From IMG/VR virus record IMGVR_UViG_3300027770_000026, positions 186,001-250,000 of that record: DNA of 64,000 nt, one strand, 5' to 3'. The translations under genes and the position numbers were made by a program. This document shows, in pieces, positions 19,453 to 29,249 of the stretch. Within the stretch, counting starts at the first letter, position 1, and every line of letters begins with the position of its first letter. A model generated the notes under the pieces. It searched no databases, was not told the DNA's origin, and worked only from the letters and a program-made list of their open reading frames with translations.

Positions 19453-19694
19453 ATCAATATCTACGCCGCGCAATCAAGACTACGGACTTTTGGATTGAAT
19501 GGATCAGTACAGTCTTACTAGTAGTAGGTGTAGCATTGACTAGCTGGGACGTTACACCATGGAACTTGTGGTTGGGCTTGATTGCTAACGCTGCATGGAT
19601 CTATATAGGTGCTCGATGGCATCGATGGAGCCTAATGGTGGTCAGCATCGTAATTTGCAGTTTGTATGTAAGTGGATTAGTTCGCTACTATTAA
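19443..19694 (+). CDS. Small multi-pass membrane protein (PnuC-like half unit)
   Basis: Three hydrophobic segments, WIEWISTVLL...PWNLWLGLIANAAWIYIG. Confidence 0.55.
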   Translation: MVMNQYLRRAIKTTDFWIEWISTVLLVVGVALTSWDVTPWNLWLGLIANAAWIYIGARWHRWSLMVVSIVICSLYVSGLVRYY

Positions 19695-20344
19695 TAGGCT
19701 ATAAAGGGATCGGTTATCACAGGCACTAAGTTGCGGGACATTATGTTACTGCCGCCTATGTCCCACATAACTGCTGTTGATTTTTTCTTTTCCCCTTCAG
19801 GACTACGTTTACCGTAATATTTAAATAACTCTATCAAAGTTTGATAAAAGTTATACCACATACGCTTGACTTCTTCCGGACCTTGCAACATGGTCTTTGT
19901 TTCGCCACTTACAAGGAATTGATGACCTGGTTGTATTGTGCCCAACTCTAACCACGGCAAATCTAAATGATCAACTAAATCGTCAGCAATTCGTTCCATA
20001 CGCTTGTTAAGATGCTTGAGTAATTCCATCTCTATGTAGATGATGCTTTCGCCATTAATTTTCACACGCCGAGGTGAACTTAGAAATTTAGGTAAATGCG
20101 GATTGCTGGGATTACGTTGGCAAAACTTATAAAAGGTTAGAAAACCCAATGCGGCATTTGTTGGTGACTGACCGTATTCGTTTACAAATACTTTTAATAC
20201 CATAGTCTGTTCGGCATTAATGTAGACTCTTGCGTCAGAGCCGCTGTTGAGAAAACGAAATCCTTTTAACGCAGCCCATGCATCTATTTCGTCTATAGTA
20301 TCATCGTTAAACGGTGCTTCAGTGATGAATTCAACGACTCGCAC
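19691..20344 (-). CDS. Protein kinase-like fold protein
   Basis: LNSGSDARVY Gly-loop, VLKV lysine, EMELL hinge, WDIGGSNIM catalytic loop, VITDP; probable GTG start at 20344 giving MRVVEFITE. Confidence 0.6.
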   Translation of the reverse strand: MRVVEFITEAPFNDDTIDEIDAWAALKGFRFLNSGSDARVYINAEQTMVLKVFVNEYGQSPTNAALGFLTFYKFCQRNPSNPHLPKFLSSPRRVKINGESIIYIEMELLKHLNKRMERIADDLVDHLDLPWLELGTIQPGHQFLVSGETKTMLQGPEEVKRMWYNFYQTLIELFKYYGKRSPEGEKKKSTAVMWDIGGSNIMSRNLVPVITDPFIAY

Positions 20345-20738
20345 GGCGTGACTCAAATATAGCAGGATTCTTCTTAGCATAGTCGCGCATGATCTGTCCT
20401 GCTAGACTATTAGCTTCATTTTCGTATTGACTACCAGTGACTCCATCGTTGGGCTGTAGTCCACCATCAACTGTGCGATCCTGACGTGCATGCACTAATT
20501 CGTGTGCAAGTGTACGCATGATATCAGCAGCATGACGGCCAGCAATGTTTACGCGAATATTTTTATCATCTAGGCTGTATCCGCCAAAGCTACCCTGAGC
20601 CACTGCATGCTTCTTACTATCAATTAGCACAATCTCAGGAGGATGATCTAATCCAATACACTTACACGCATACTCCACAAAACTATCAAGCTTGCTACGT
20701 ATGTCAGATGATTCAGTTATAAATTCTCTAGATCTCAT
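20331..20738 (-). CDS. Zincin-like metallopeptidase (HExxH)
   Basis: RTLAHELVHARQ...ENEAN; starts MRSREFITES. Confidence 0.7.
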   Translation of the reverse strand: MRSREFITESSDIRSKLDSFVEYACKCIGLDHPPEIVLIDSKKHAVAQGSFGGYSLDDKNIRVNIAGRHAADIMRTLAHELVHARQDRTVDGGLQPNDGVTGSQYENEANSLAGQIMRDYAKKNPAIFESRRASR

Positions 20739-20759
20739 TTGAATATTATCTCAGGGCTT

Positions 20760-21290
20760 GGCCAACTGCTAGTTGATCCGCATGCATTACTTATCTCAGT
20801 TACCATGATTGGCTTGCGCCAATCAGCTCTGCATTCGCTTTAAGTTCGCATTCGCTCACTTAAGCTCACTTGAGCAATTTGTACGTCTAGGATAATGTTA
20901 CTGTGTAAGAGTAAAAACTTTGTTACTGGGATACTTTTCCTAGATTCAGTCATACTTCGCCCTGGTCGGGACAAGGTATGACTAAACGAATTTTTCCTGA
21001 GTTCGTACGTCACTGTGTTCAGGAACAGTCCTATAGGACAGAGGCGGTTGCCCGATACCTCGTTCTTCCATACTTCGGCGATTAGCGCAACGGGACTTGT
21101 ATGTACTGAGACACAGAATTATACACACAAGCTGCGGGTGAATATCTCGTTCAATCAGAGCCGCATCATTCAAAGCTCAACTCGTCATGCCATCCCGTGC
21201 ATTTGCTAGATGCGTTCCACCTGCGGCCACCACGCGAGCAGGATCACCTCGGGATACGGATCGTTCCGCAACTGGGGCTATAAAATACAG
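20760..21290 (-). ncRNA. Candidate large structured non-coding RNA (family not recognised)
   Basis: ~600 nt gap without a credible ORF; multiple stems, two closed by GCAA tetraloops only on the minus strand (20806-20825; 21041-21061); late-type TATAAGTA at 21294-21301 pointing into it. Confidence 0.45.
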
Positions 21291-21353
21291 TAATACTTAT
21301 AAGACCTTGCGTTTAACGTTAAATTTTACGGTATACTCGTTTCAGCTATATAC

Positions 21354-21779
21354 TTGATGTGGACATTTCAAGGACAGGAAGTAACGGATCTTCCCGACGA
21401 TATTGTGGGGTTTGTATACTGTATTACTAACCTAGCTAACGAGCGAATGTACATTGGCAAAAAGCTAGCTAAGTTTGCTAAAACTACCTACAAAACAGTT
21501 AAACTTAAGAACGGAAAGAAGAAACGCAAGAAGATACGGGGCAAAGTAGAAAGCGATTGGCGTGACTACTACGGGTCCAGTAATGAACTAACTCGCGATG
21601 TTGAAGCACTGGGCAAGGACAAGTTTGCCCGTGAGATACTGTTCTATTGCCACAGTAAAGCTGAATGCTCTTATGTAGAAGCCCGCGAACAGATCCAGCG
21701 ACGTGTGTTAGAAAGTGATCAGTTCTATAACGGGCATATACAAGTACGTGTGCATAAGAAACACATACGTAAATCTTAG
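21354..21779 (+). CDS. GIY-YIG (Seg-like) endonuclease
   Basis: GFVYCITNLANERMYIGKK...YYGSS...F.REIL...E...YNG.I. Confidence 0.8.
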   Translation: MMWTFQGQEVTDLPDDIVGFVYCITNLANERMYIGKKLAKFAKTTYKTVKLKNGKKKRKKIRGKVESDWRDYYGSSNELTRDVEALGKDKFAREILFYCHSKAECSYVEAREQIQRRVLESDQFYNGHIQVRVHKKHIRKS

Positions 21780-22012
21780 AAGAACGGTAGTCCGGACTTC
21801 TTGGTAGTTTCCAAGTTTTCTTTGTAAATCTCCGCAATAATATTACGATCGTCGTAACTTAGCATTAGTGCTTGATCTAGTGAGATCGCGCCGCGCATGC
21901 TCCAAGCTAACTTATAACAATCTTCCCTAATCTTGAGACAGTCTTTTTGATATGCATCGCAAAGCTCCTCAATTTCCTCAACTGTTAGTTGCTGGAGCCT
22001 CGAGCGAAAAAA
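21776..22012 (-). CDS. Tail/baseplate assembly chaperone second part (gp51/GT-like), probably reached by -1 frameshift
   Basis: Overlaps the end of the gp26-like ORF in the -1 frame across T TTT TTC; ends KENLETTKKSGLPFF. Confidence 0.6.
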   Translation of the reverse strand, partial: FFRSRLQQLTVEEIEELCDAYQKDCLKIREDCYKLAWSMRGAISLDQALMLSYDDRNIIAEIYKENLETTKKSGLPFF

Positions 22013-22839
22013 TTGGTAGCGTCGAACTCCAGTTCCTGCTTCCACTTGTGTTGGCATTCCTGACATTCAACTTGGATTGGAGCCAGACTAAAGCTTTCCT
22101 TGTTGTTTGTGATACACTTGTTAATGCTGTCAAACACATCGCTGCTGGTATTTTGTATGAAGTCTTCAATCATTGATCGATCGGTAACTTGTGTACCATC
22201 GGGTGTTTGGATACATGCAATGCTGTCCAGTACAATTTCCAACGTTAGTGAAGTTAGCTTCTTAAATCCTTCGCTAAACTTTTTAATTTTGGTTGCTTCG
22301 TCTAGACTACTTTGCTGAATTTCCTGTAGTAGACGCTGTTCTTCAAATGTTCTGTACTGTTTGTTATTCAGCTGACGGTATGTCATGGGTTTGAGCACAA
22401 TGGTTAGCTCGTTTGCGTGAATGTAATCGTTCCACACTCTGTGCAGCGTTTGTGCTTGTGCTTCCTTAAGGTCCAGCTGATAATTGTTAACAGCTTTACA
22501 CTGCGGGCAATCAGGGCTAACGTCCATCATGCTACCGTATGTTGCAATTCGTATGGCAATTAACAAGGTGTCGAGGTCTACACTGGGAATATTCCATGCA
22601 TTTTTGATGGCAGGAACACAGCTTTGGATAATATCCACAGTGCCCTGTCCGTTTAGCAGTGCGTCTGGCGTTTTAAGCGAAATCTCATCTTTTGCTGTCA
22701 TGGGCATGATGCCAACTTCGCCCGTTGCGGGCCAATCAATGCTGCCGGGTTCGTACCATCTGCCTCCACTAGGCAAGGGAGTATAGTACTTAGCCTGTCT
22801 AAAATATGAACTCAGCGGGTTATTTTTAATTTCTGACAT
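21985..22839 (-). CDS. Baseplate hub assembly chaperone, gp26-like
   Basis: NPLSSYFRQAK...LPSGG..Y...PMTAKDEI.LKTPDALLNGQ..VDIIQSC.P...D.DTLLIAIRIATYG, two CxxC pairs. Confidence 0.75.
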   Translation of the reverse strand: MSEIKNNPLSSYFRQAKYYTPLPSGGRWYEPGSIDWPATGEVGIMPMTAKDEISLKTPDALLNGQGTVDIIQSCVPAIKNAWNIPSVDLDTLLIAIRIATYGSMMDVSPDCPQCKAVNNYQLDLKEAQAQTLHRVWNDYIHANELTIVLKPMTYRQLNNKQYRTFEEQRLLQEIQQSSLDEATKIKKFSEGFKKLTSLTLEIVLDSIACIQTPDGTQVTDRSMIEDFIQNTSSDVFDSINKCITNNKESFSLAPIQVECQECQHKWKQELEFDATNFFARGSSN

Positions 22840-22877
22840 TGAATTGCTTCCGTTTAAAAAACCGGTTTCATAACCGT

Positions 22878-22885
22878 TATAAATA
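22878..22885 (+). promoter_or_regulatory. T4-type late promoter TATAAATA upstream of tape measure/head operon
   Basis: Exact consensus 23 nt before ATG. Confidence 0.75.
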
Positions 22886-22908
22886 CACAACTATATATCT
22901 ACCACACT

Positions 22909-25761
22909 ATGGCTAACTCAATAAACATTAACGGCACAGAATACAGGATAGAAGGCGACGACCTCGCTACTGAGGCAACCCTACGAAGTTTAGTTGCTGC
23001 AATGAATCGTCTGGCTAGTGCAAGTGCCCGCAGCGGGGGAGGTAGTAGCAATGCCGGTGGCGGAGCTGCAGATGCCGGCGCCGCACTAAATCAAGGACTC
23101 GATGAAGTTGCAGGTAACCTAGATGATATGAGCGGATCTGTGATTCGAATGAATACTCAAAATAATGAGATTATACGATTACAGGGCGGAACTGCTAAGG
23201 GATTTAATATATTAGGCGGTGCAGCTAAGGCATTAGGCGGCGCGTTTAAGCTAGTCCAAGGCGCATTCATGATTGGCGTTGCTATCGTTAGTGCAGCATT
23301 TGGTGCAGTTGACAAGATGGCAGATACTGTTAAAGAGATGAATGCGTCTGGTATCAGATTTCAAGGTGGATTTGCCGAACTAGCAGCCGCTGCAGGATCT
23401 GCAGGTTTAAGTGTAGAAGAACTTGGACGATTAATGACGCAGAATCATGCTGCGGTTGCTCGTTTTGGCGGCGGCAATATGAATGAAGGAGCTAAAAGAT
23501 TAACAGCATTTAGTCGAGAATTGGTATTTGGCAAAGCTAAGTTAGCAGGATTGGGCATTGGAGTTAGCGAAGCAGCGCAATATCTTGCCGACTATGCTGA
23601 TATCCAACAGAACTTAACACACCAAGATATTACTCGAGCACGTGCCGGAGAAACTGCAGCAGATGTTCAAAAGAGAGTAACAGCAAGTACTGCCGATTAT
23701 GTTTCGGACTTAGACTCCCTTGCAAGATCCACAGGTAAGACCAGAGAAGAAATGAATAAGATGATGGCAGATTTTGCAAAGAATCCAGATTTTACTGCTA
23801 CCCTTGATATGCTTGGTTTAGCAGGCGAAGAAAAAAATAGTGTAATGAAATTTGCCACAATGTTACAAGGTTTACCAGGAGGCGAAACATTAGTAAGTGC
23901 TTTTGGTGATTTATTACAGTTTGGTACTATGACAGGCGATACTGCTGCAGCATTTGCAACAGTAGGTCCGCAACTTCAAAACACATTCACTGGAATTGCA
24001 GATAAATTGAAATCTGGTGCAATAACAGAAGAACAAGCTCGCGACGAAATGGCAAATGCTATGGGAGACAACGCCGAGCAAATATCTAAGACACTTGGTG
24101 CTATTCCACAAGCACAACGTACTCAGGCACAAAAAGATTTACTCATGGCAGCAAATGCGGCCAAAGCAAACAAGGCTGCAAGAGAAGGCGAAGTTATAGA
24201 GTTTATGAAGACAGCAGCGGGCAGAAATAAAACATTTGCCGAAGCAGAAAAAGCAATGAACGATCAGCGCAGTGCAGAGCTAGAGTCACAAAAGCAATTA
24301 CAAGATATCAAGACTAAGTTTGGCGGCATGTTTGAAAGTTTGATACTAAAGATATTTGGCAGCAAGGTCTTTCTGACGTTGTTTGATAAAATTACAACAG
24401 GATTTCAAACTCTCGCAGATTTTATCTATTCCGCAATAAAGAAAGTGGATCCTTATATTGCAAAGTTTGATACAGTAGTAATGCCTATTGTAAACAAGAT
24501 GATAAAATTCTTCTCGGACGTATTTGGCAAAGTATCTGAAATTTTAGGAAAAATTGATATCACTAGTGCATTAAGCATACTTGGTGAAATTTTTGATCAG
24601 ATATTAACGTTCGCTAACACTGTAGTTAATGCTATTGACTTTAAGATGATTGGAGACATATTTACACAGGTATTTGGAACAGTATCTGATGTTCTTCAGA
24701 ATTTATGGGGAAGAGTTAAAGATATATTCTCAAAACAAGAAGGCGGTATGGGCGGAACTCTTGCCAAATTGGGCGAAGCTCTTGGTAAGATTGTCAATGC
24801 ACTGGGTAAGGTCATTAAAGTAGTAGTCAAAGTATTTAAACTTCTGTATGATTGGGTATTACAACCCATTATGGACATACTTGGACCAATCATTGGAACT
24901 ATTGTGAACGCCCTTGTTGGAGTAATTGATATATTCGGAAGTCTTGCAGACTACTGGACAACGCTCATTGATTTCTTTATGGGCGATGCATCGTTCTCGG
25001 AAGTCTTTGACAAATTTATGGCTGTATGGACAAGTATTGGAAATTATCTGATAAACGGATTGAAAGATTGGGGCAAAATGTTAATGAGTCCGTTTGTTTC
25101 AATATACAATCATTGGGTACGAATATTCAACACTGTTGGCGACTTTGTTAAAAATGTATTTGGCGGGTTTGATATTGGGGTAATATTGACTAAGGTAACA
25201 GATTCTATCAAGAATGTATTTGCCGGCATCGCCAAATGGTGGAAAGAATTCTCATTCATGGATATGTTGAACTCCATTACTGATGCGATCAAGGGACTGT
25301 TTAGCAGTATTGGCAATTACATCAAGGACAAGTTAAATCCTCTCAATTGGTTTAAGAAAGATAAAAAGGGCGCAGCAGCAGCACCGCCACCAAAAGATCT
25401 TTCTAAATCTACTATTCCGGCAGAAATTAATACAATACCTGAAGGGCAGCGCACACCTATTCAGAACCGAATACTAGAAGTACAAAAAAATCCAATGGCG
25501 ATGCTCAAACCTTTGCCAGCTGCACCAACAACTCCTGCAGCAACAGGCGCACCTGCAGCCGCTACAGCGTTAGCGAAACCAGCAGCTGGCGTAGGGAAAG
25601 TAGTAAATACAGATGACTTAGTAAAAAAGATATCTGCTCAAATTGATATGATGACTCAGGTGTTAATGGCGATAGAAAAACAAGGCGAGGAGAAACCAGG
25701 TATGGTATCTGGTGCATTTTCCTCGCTGACAAAGAAAGCTGCGGCTCTCGGACTTCCTTAA
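22909..25761 (+). CDS. Tape measure-like protein
   Basis: 950 aa helical, Ala/Gly-rich with periodic aromatic repeats; adjacent to tail chaperones. Confidence 0.65.
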   Translation: MANSININGTEYRIEGDDLATEATLRSLVAAMNRLASASARSGGGSSNAGGGAADAGAALNQGLDEVAGNLDDMSGSVIRMNTQNNEIIRLQGGTAKGFNILGGAAKALGGAFKLVQGAFMIGVAIVSAAFGAVDKMADTVKEMNASGIRFQGGFAELAAAAGSAGLSVEELGRLMTQNHAAVARFGGGNMNEGAKRLTAFSRELVFGKAKLAGLGIGVSEAAQYLADYADIQQNLTHQDITRARAGETAADVQKRVTASTADYVSDLDSLARSTGKTREEMNKMMADFAKNPDFTATLDMLGLAGEEKNSVMKFATMLQGLPGGETLVSAFGDLLQFGTMTGDTAAAFATVGPQLQNTFTGIADKLKSGAITEEQARDEMANAMGDNAEQISKTLGAIPQAQRTQAQKDLLMAANAAKANKAAREGEVIEFMKTAAGRNKTFAEAEKAMNDQRSAELESQKQLQDIKTKFGGMFESLILKIFGSKVFLTLFDKITTGFQTLADFIYSAIKKVDPYIAKFDTVVMPIVNKMIKFFSDVFGKVSEILGKIDITSALSILGEIFDQILTFANTVVNAIDFKMIGDIFTQVFGTVSDVLQNLWGRVKDIFSKQEGGMGGTLAKLGEALGKIVNALGKVIKVVVKVFKLLYDWVLQPIMDILGPIIGTIVNALVGVIDIFGSLADYWTTLIDFFMGDASFSEVFDKFMAVWTSIGNYLINGLKDWGKMLMSPFVSIYNHWVRIFNTVGDFVKNVFGGFDIGVILTKVTDSIKNVFAGIAKWWKEFSFMDMLNSITDAIKGLFSSIGNYIKDKLNPLNWFKKDKKGAAAAPPPKDLSKSTIPAEINTIPEGQRTPIQNRILEVQKNPMAMLKPLPAAPTTPAATGAPAAATALAKPAAGVGKVVNTDDLVKKISAQIDMMTQVLMAIEKQGEEKPGMVSGAFSSLTKKAAALGLP

Positions 25762-25772
25762 AGGGTATATAA

Positions 25773-27503
25773 ATGAGTAGTTGGCGTAAACATTTTAACG
25801 TATATCAAGACCCAAACAAGGGCAATAACAGTCCTATCTCGGGCAAAAAGACCACTACTCCCAGTGTAATGAGTCGCAAGAACTTTAACACGTTCCTACC
25901 TGAAGTATACAGTGGACAAAGTAATCGTGTTGATCGGTACTATCAATACGAGATCATGGACCAAGATCCTGAAGTTAACAGCGCACTGGATATCATTGCA
26001 GAGTTTTGCACAGAAGTAAACCCAGACAACGGCACACAGTTCAACTTTCACTTTCTAGAACAGCCAACAGACGTTGAAGTTAAGATTCTCAAGCAAGCAC
26101 TGGTAAGTTGGTACAGACTCAATGAACTGGATCGCAGAATATTCCGCTTGTTCAGAAACGTGATCAAGTACGGCGATGCGTTCTTTATCCGTGACCCCGA
26201 GAACAACAAGCTGTATCACTGCGATGCACGTAATGTTGACAAGGTAATTGTCAACGAAGCAGAAGGTAAGAAGCCCGAGCAGTATGTTGTTCGTGACATT
26301 AACCTAAACTTGCAGTCATTGACCACAACACAACTATTACCCAACAACACCAGCAATACAAGTTATACACAAACACCTGCAATACTAGGCGCAACCTCCC
26401 CAAGAGGCAACAACTATAATTTCAGCGCAGGTGGTAGTAATGGTGGTAGATTCAGCAATACACAAAGTCAGATGGCTGTTGCCGCAGAGCACGTTGTACA
26501 TCTGAGCTTAAACGAAGGTCTCGACGCAGCATGGCCATTTGGTTATAGTATTCTAGAGAATGTATTCAAGACGTTCAAACAGAAAGAACTAATCGAAGAT
26601 GCTATCATTATCTATCGCGTACAACGTGCGCCAGAACGTCGTGTGTTCAAGATTGACACAGGCAATCTGCCCAGCCACTTAGCCATGCAGTTCCTAGAGC
26701 GTGTTAAGAACGAAATTTATCAGCGTCGTATTCCTAGTCAGACAGGTGGCGGTAGCAACATAAGTGACGCTACCTATAACCCAATTAGCATGAATGAAGA
26801 CTTCTTCTTTGCTGTTAATAGTGATGGCAAGGGAAGTGACGTTACTACATTGCCGGGCGGCGAGAATCTAGGTCAAATTGATGACCTCAAGTTCTTTACT
26901 AACAAGCTGTTCCGCGCATTGCGTATTCCTAGCAGCTACATGCCTACGGGACCAGACGATAGTGCTGCAACTTACAATGACGGACGTGTGGGTACATCAC
27001 TAATTCAAGAACTGCGTTTTAACAAGTATTGCATGCGTTTGCAAAGCTTAATTGTGCCGCAGCTGGACCTAGACTTTAAGATTTACCTTAAGAAGCGTGG
27101 TATTAATATTGATACCAGTATGTTTGAATTGAAGTTTACCGAGCCACAGAACTTTAGTCAGTTTAAGACTGTGGATGTGGATAGCAACCGTATCAATAAC
27201 TTTAATCAGATGGCACAGTTGCCCTTTATTGCTAAACGTTGGGCAATGGGACGGTACTTGGGCTTAAGCGAACAAGAAATTGTGGATAACGAAACACAAT
27301 GGAAGAAAGAAAACGCGCAGGCTGAAGCAGAAACTAGCGGTTCAGATCTACGTAACGTAGGTGTTACCCCAGGTGGCATGGAAGCAGATATGGGTGCAGT
27401 GGATCAGGCTATGGCAGGCCCACCGGGCGGCGAAGCCCCCCCAGAAGGTGCACCAACTGCACCAGGAGGCGAAATGCCCCCGGGAGGAGAACCTGGAATT
27501 TAA
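25773..27503 (+). CDS. gp20: Portal protein gp20-like
   Basis: DPEVNSALDIIAE, IEDAIIIYRVQRAPERRVFKIDTGNLP, EDFFF...SDVTTLPGGENLGQIDDLKFF..KLFRALRIPSS. Confidence 0.93.
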   Translation: MSSWRKHFNVYQDPNKGNNSPISGKKTTTPSVMSRKNFNTFLPEVYSGQSNRVDRYYQYEIMDQDPEVNSALDIIAEFCTEVNPDNGTQFNFHFLEQPTDVEVKILKQALVSWYRLNELDRRIFRLFRNVIKYGDAFFIRDPENNKLYHCDARNVDKVIVNEAEGKKPEQYVVRDINLNLQSLTTTQLLPNNTSNTSYTQTPAILGATSPRGNNYNFSAGGSNGGRFSNTQSQMAVAAEHVVHLSLNEGLDAAWPFGYSILENVFKTFKQKELIEDAIIIYRVQRAPERRVFKIDTGNLPSHLAMQFLERVKNEIYQRRIPSQTGGGSNISDATYNPISMNEDFFFAVNSDGKGSDVTTLPGGENLGQIDDLKFFTNKLFRALRIPSSYMPTGPDDSAATYNDGRVGTSLIQELRFNKYCMRLQSLIVPQLDLDFKIYLKKRGINIDTSMFELKFTEPQNFSQFKTVDVDSNRINNFNQMAQLPFIAKRWAMGRYLGLSEQEIVDNETQWKKENAQAEAETSGSDLRNVGVTPGGMEADMGAVDQAMAGPPGGEAPPEGAPTAPGGEMPPGGEPGI

Positions 27504-27536
27504 TCAAATTGATTAAATACAGCGTGAGGAAATTGT

Positions 27537-27767
27537 ATGCATTTACGTGACTTAATGGAAAATACCGAGAAAGTACCCGATCAGAGGTATGATGCTAAGG
27601 ATGACGAAAGTGTACAGCGTCCAGACGATACACGCAAGATACGTCTCACACTGGAACAAATAAACAAGTTACGTCGAATGCAAGAAGTTCGTAAAATGGA
27701 ACAGAAAAAACAAGAAGATTTCTTTAAGACCATTTACGGCGCACCACCTGCAGCACCTGCGGGTTAA
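27537..27767 (+). CDS. Small prohead core-like protein
   Basis: Between portal and scaffold; DTRKIRLTLEQINKLRRM motif. Confidence 0.55.
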   Translation: MHLRDLMENTEKVPDQRYDAKDDESVQRPDDTRKIRLTLEQINKLRRMQEVRKMEQKKQEDFFKTIYGAPPAAPAG

Positions 27768-27776
27768 AAAAATACC

Positions 27777-27805
27777 AAAAAACCGGCCGTTTGAGCCGGT
27801 TTTTC
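27777..27805. terminator. Bidirectional terminator-like hairpin
   Basis: A-tract, AACCGGC-7 nt-GCCGGTT, T-tract. Confidence 0.55.
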
Positions 27806-27852
27806 TATTCTTTTGATAACTAATTACACACTTAGCTAAGGAGATTTTAAAC

Positions 27853-28602
27853 ATGTCAAAGAAATTTGAGCAATTGCTTGAATATGTTGTCAATGACGAA
27901 ACAGAAAAGGCTCAGGCCATTTTCCACGAAATCGTTGTTGCAAAGAGCCGTGAAATTTACGAAAATCTAATCGCAGACGAAACAGCAGAACTCGACGAAG
28001 AAGAGTTTGGCGGTGACGAAGTTGAAGGTCTAGTAAATGAGATCGAAGCCGAAGAGTACGATATGTCAGAAGCTGACGAAGAGATGGGCGACGAAGAGCC
28101 ACTCGACGACGAAGGCGACATGGGTGACGATATGGGCGACGAACTAGATAGCTCAGAACACGACATGGGCGACGAGGGTGGTATGGAAGATATGGAAGAC
28201 CGTCTCGTTGACCTAGAAGATGCACTAAGCCAGCTGAAGTCAGAATTTGACGACCTAATGGCAGGCGAAGGAAGTGACGAAGATCACGAAGAAACAGACC
28301 ATGAAGACATGGGCGACGAAGCTGCAAGCGCAGATATGGGCGACGAAGAGATGGACGAAGCTTCAATCTTCGAATACAAGGAGCATGCTCCAAAGCCAGT
28401 TCTGTCGGAACCAGCCGGTACTCATGCAACGAGCCCTCTGGCAAAGAATGCTAAGAGCCCAACAGGTGCTGGCAAGCCAGTATCTATTAAGGATGGCAGT
28501 CAGGGAAATCATGGTGTTAAGAGTCCAGGTAAGCTAACAAGCTACGATACCAGGGGCGAAGGCACCAAGATGAAGAAAGTCCAGGACATGAAGAAGGTCT
28601 AA
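27853..28602 (+). CDS. Acidic prohead core/scaffold protein (gp67/68-like position)
   Basis: Very Asp/Glu-rich; KFEQLLEYVVNDETEKAQAIFHEIVVAKSREIYENL. Confidence 0.65.
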   Translation: MSKKFEQLLEYVVNDETEKAQAIFHEIVVAKSREIYENLIADETAELDEEEFGGDEVEGLVNEIEAEEYDMSEADEEMGDEEPLDDEGDMGDDMGDELDSSEHDMGDEGGMEDMEDRLVDLEDALSQLKSEFDDLMAGEGSDEDHEETDHEDMGDEAASADMGDEEMDEASIFEYKEHAPKPVLSEPAGTHATSPLAKNAKSPTGAGKPVSIKDGSQGNHGVKSPGKLTSYDTRGEGTKMKKVQDMKKV

Positions 28603-28605
28603 GAT

Positions 28606-29238
28606 ATGTCAGCTCTACTGCGAGAACATCTCAGCTACGAGCGTGCCCAGGCAATACTGGAAACCTCCGGTGAAGGCAATCTTAAGAGCTTGTATCTTAA
28701 GGGAACCTTCATCGAGGGTGAAGTAAAGAATGCCAACCAAAGAGTGTATCCGTCTCACGAAATCAAGCGAGCAGTTGAATCCATGCAGGAACAACTGAAA
28801 AACGGATACAGCATTCTTGGTGAAATTGACCACCCAGATGATTTAAAGATTAATCTTGATCGTGTAAGTCACATGATCACAGATATTTGGATGGACGGAA
28901 ATAACGGTATTGGCAAGTTGAAAATACTTCCAACACCGATGGGCAAGATTGCAGAATCAATGCTGCAAAGCGGCGTTAAACTGGGTGTAAGTTCTCGTGG
29001 TTCGGGCGACGTAAACGATTCAAATGGCAAGGTTTCAAATTTTGAGATCTTGACCGTAGATATTGTGGCTCAGCCATCAGCTCCAAATGCTTATCCTACT
29101 CCTATATATGAGGGACTAATGAACTCTAAGCGGGGAAAGATAACATTAGAGATGGCGGCGGAAGCCACGTATAACCCCAAGGTACAGAAATACCTTGAGA
29201 AAGAGATCACGAATTTGATTCGTGATCTGAAACTATAG
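28606..29238 (+). CDS. gp21: Prohead protease gp21-like
   Basis: KNANQRVYP, GEIDHP, VSHMIT, LGVSSRGSG, TVDIVAQPSAPNAY. Confidence 0.93.
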   Translation: MSALLREHLSYERAQAILETSGEGNLKSLYLKGTFIEGEVKNANQRVYPSHEIKRAVESMQEQLKNGYSILGEIDHPDDLKINLDRVSHMITDIWMDGNNGIGKLKILPTPMGKIAESMLQSGVKLGVSSRGSGDVNDSNGKVSNFEILTVDIVAQPSAPNAYPTPIYEGLMNSKRGKITLEMAAEATYNPKVQKYLEKEITNLIRDLKL

Positions 29239-29249
29239 AGGAACATGCA

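Noticed and set aside
20760-21290. RNase P, tmRNA, tRNA or group I/II intron in the non-coding gap
   Set aside because: No GAGGAAAGUCC, no tRNA-like ends or CCA, no P/Q/R/S or domain V motifs, and no interrupted host gene; kept only as an unclassified ncRNA candidate
21354-21779. GIY-YIG gene as part of an insertion sequence
   Set aside because: No transposase, terminal repeats or target duplication visible
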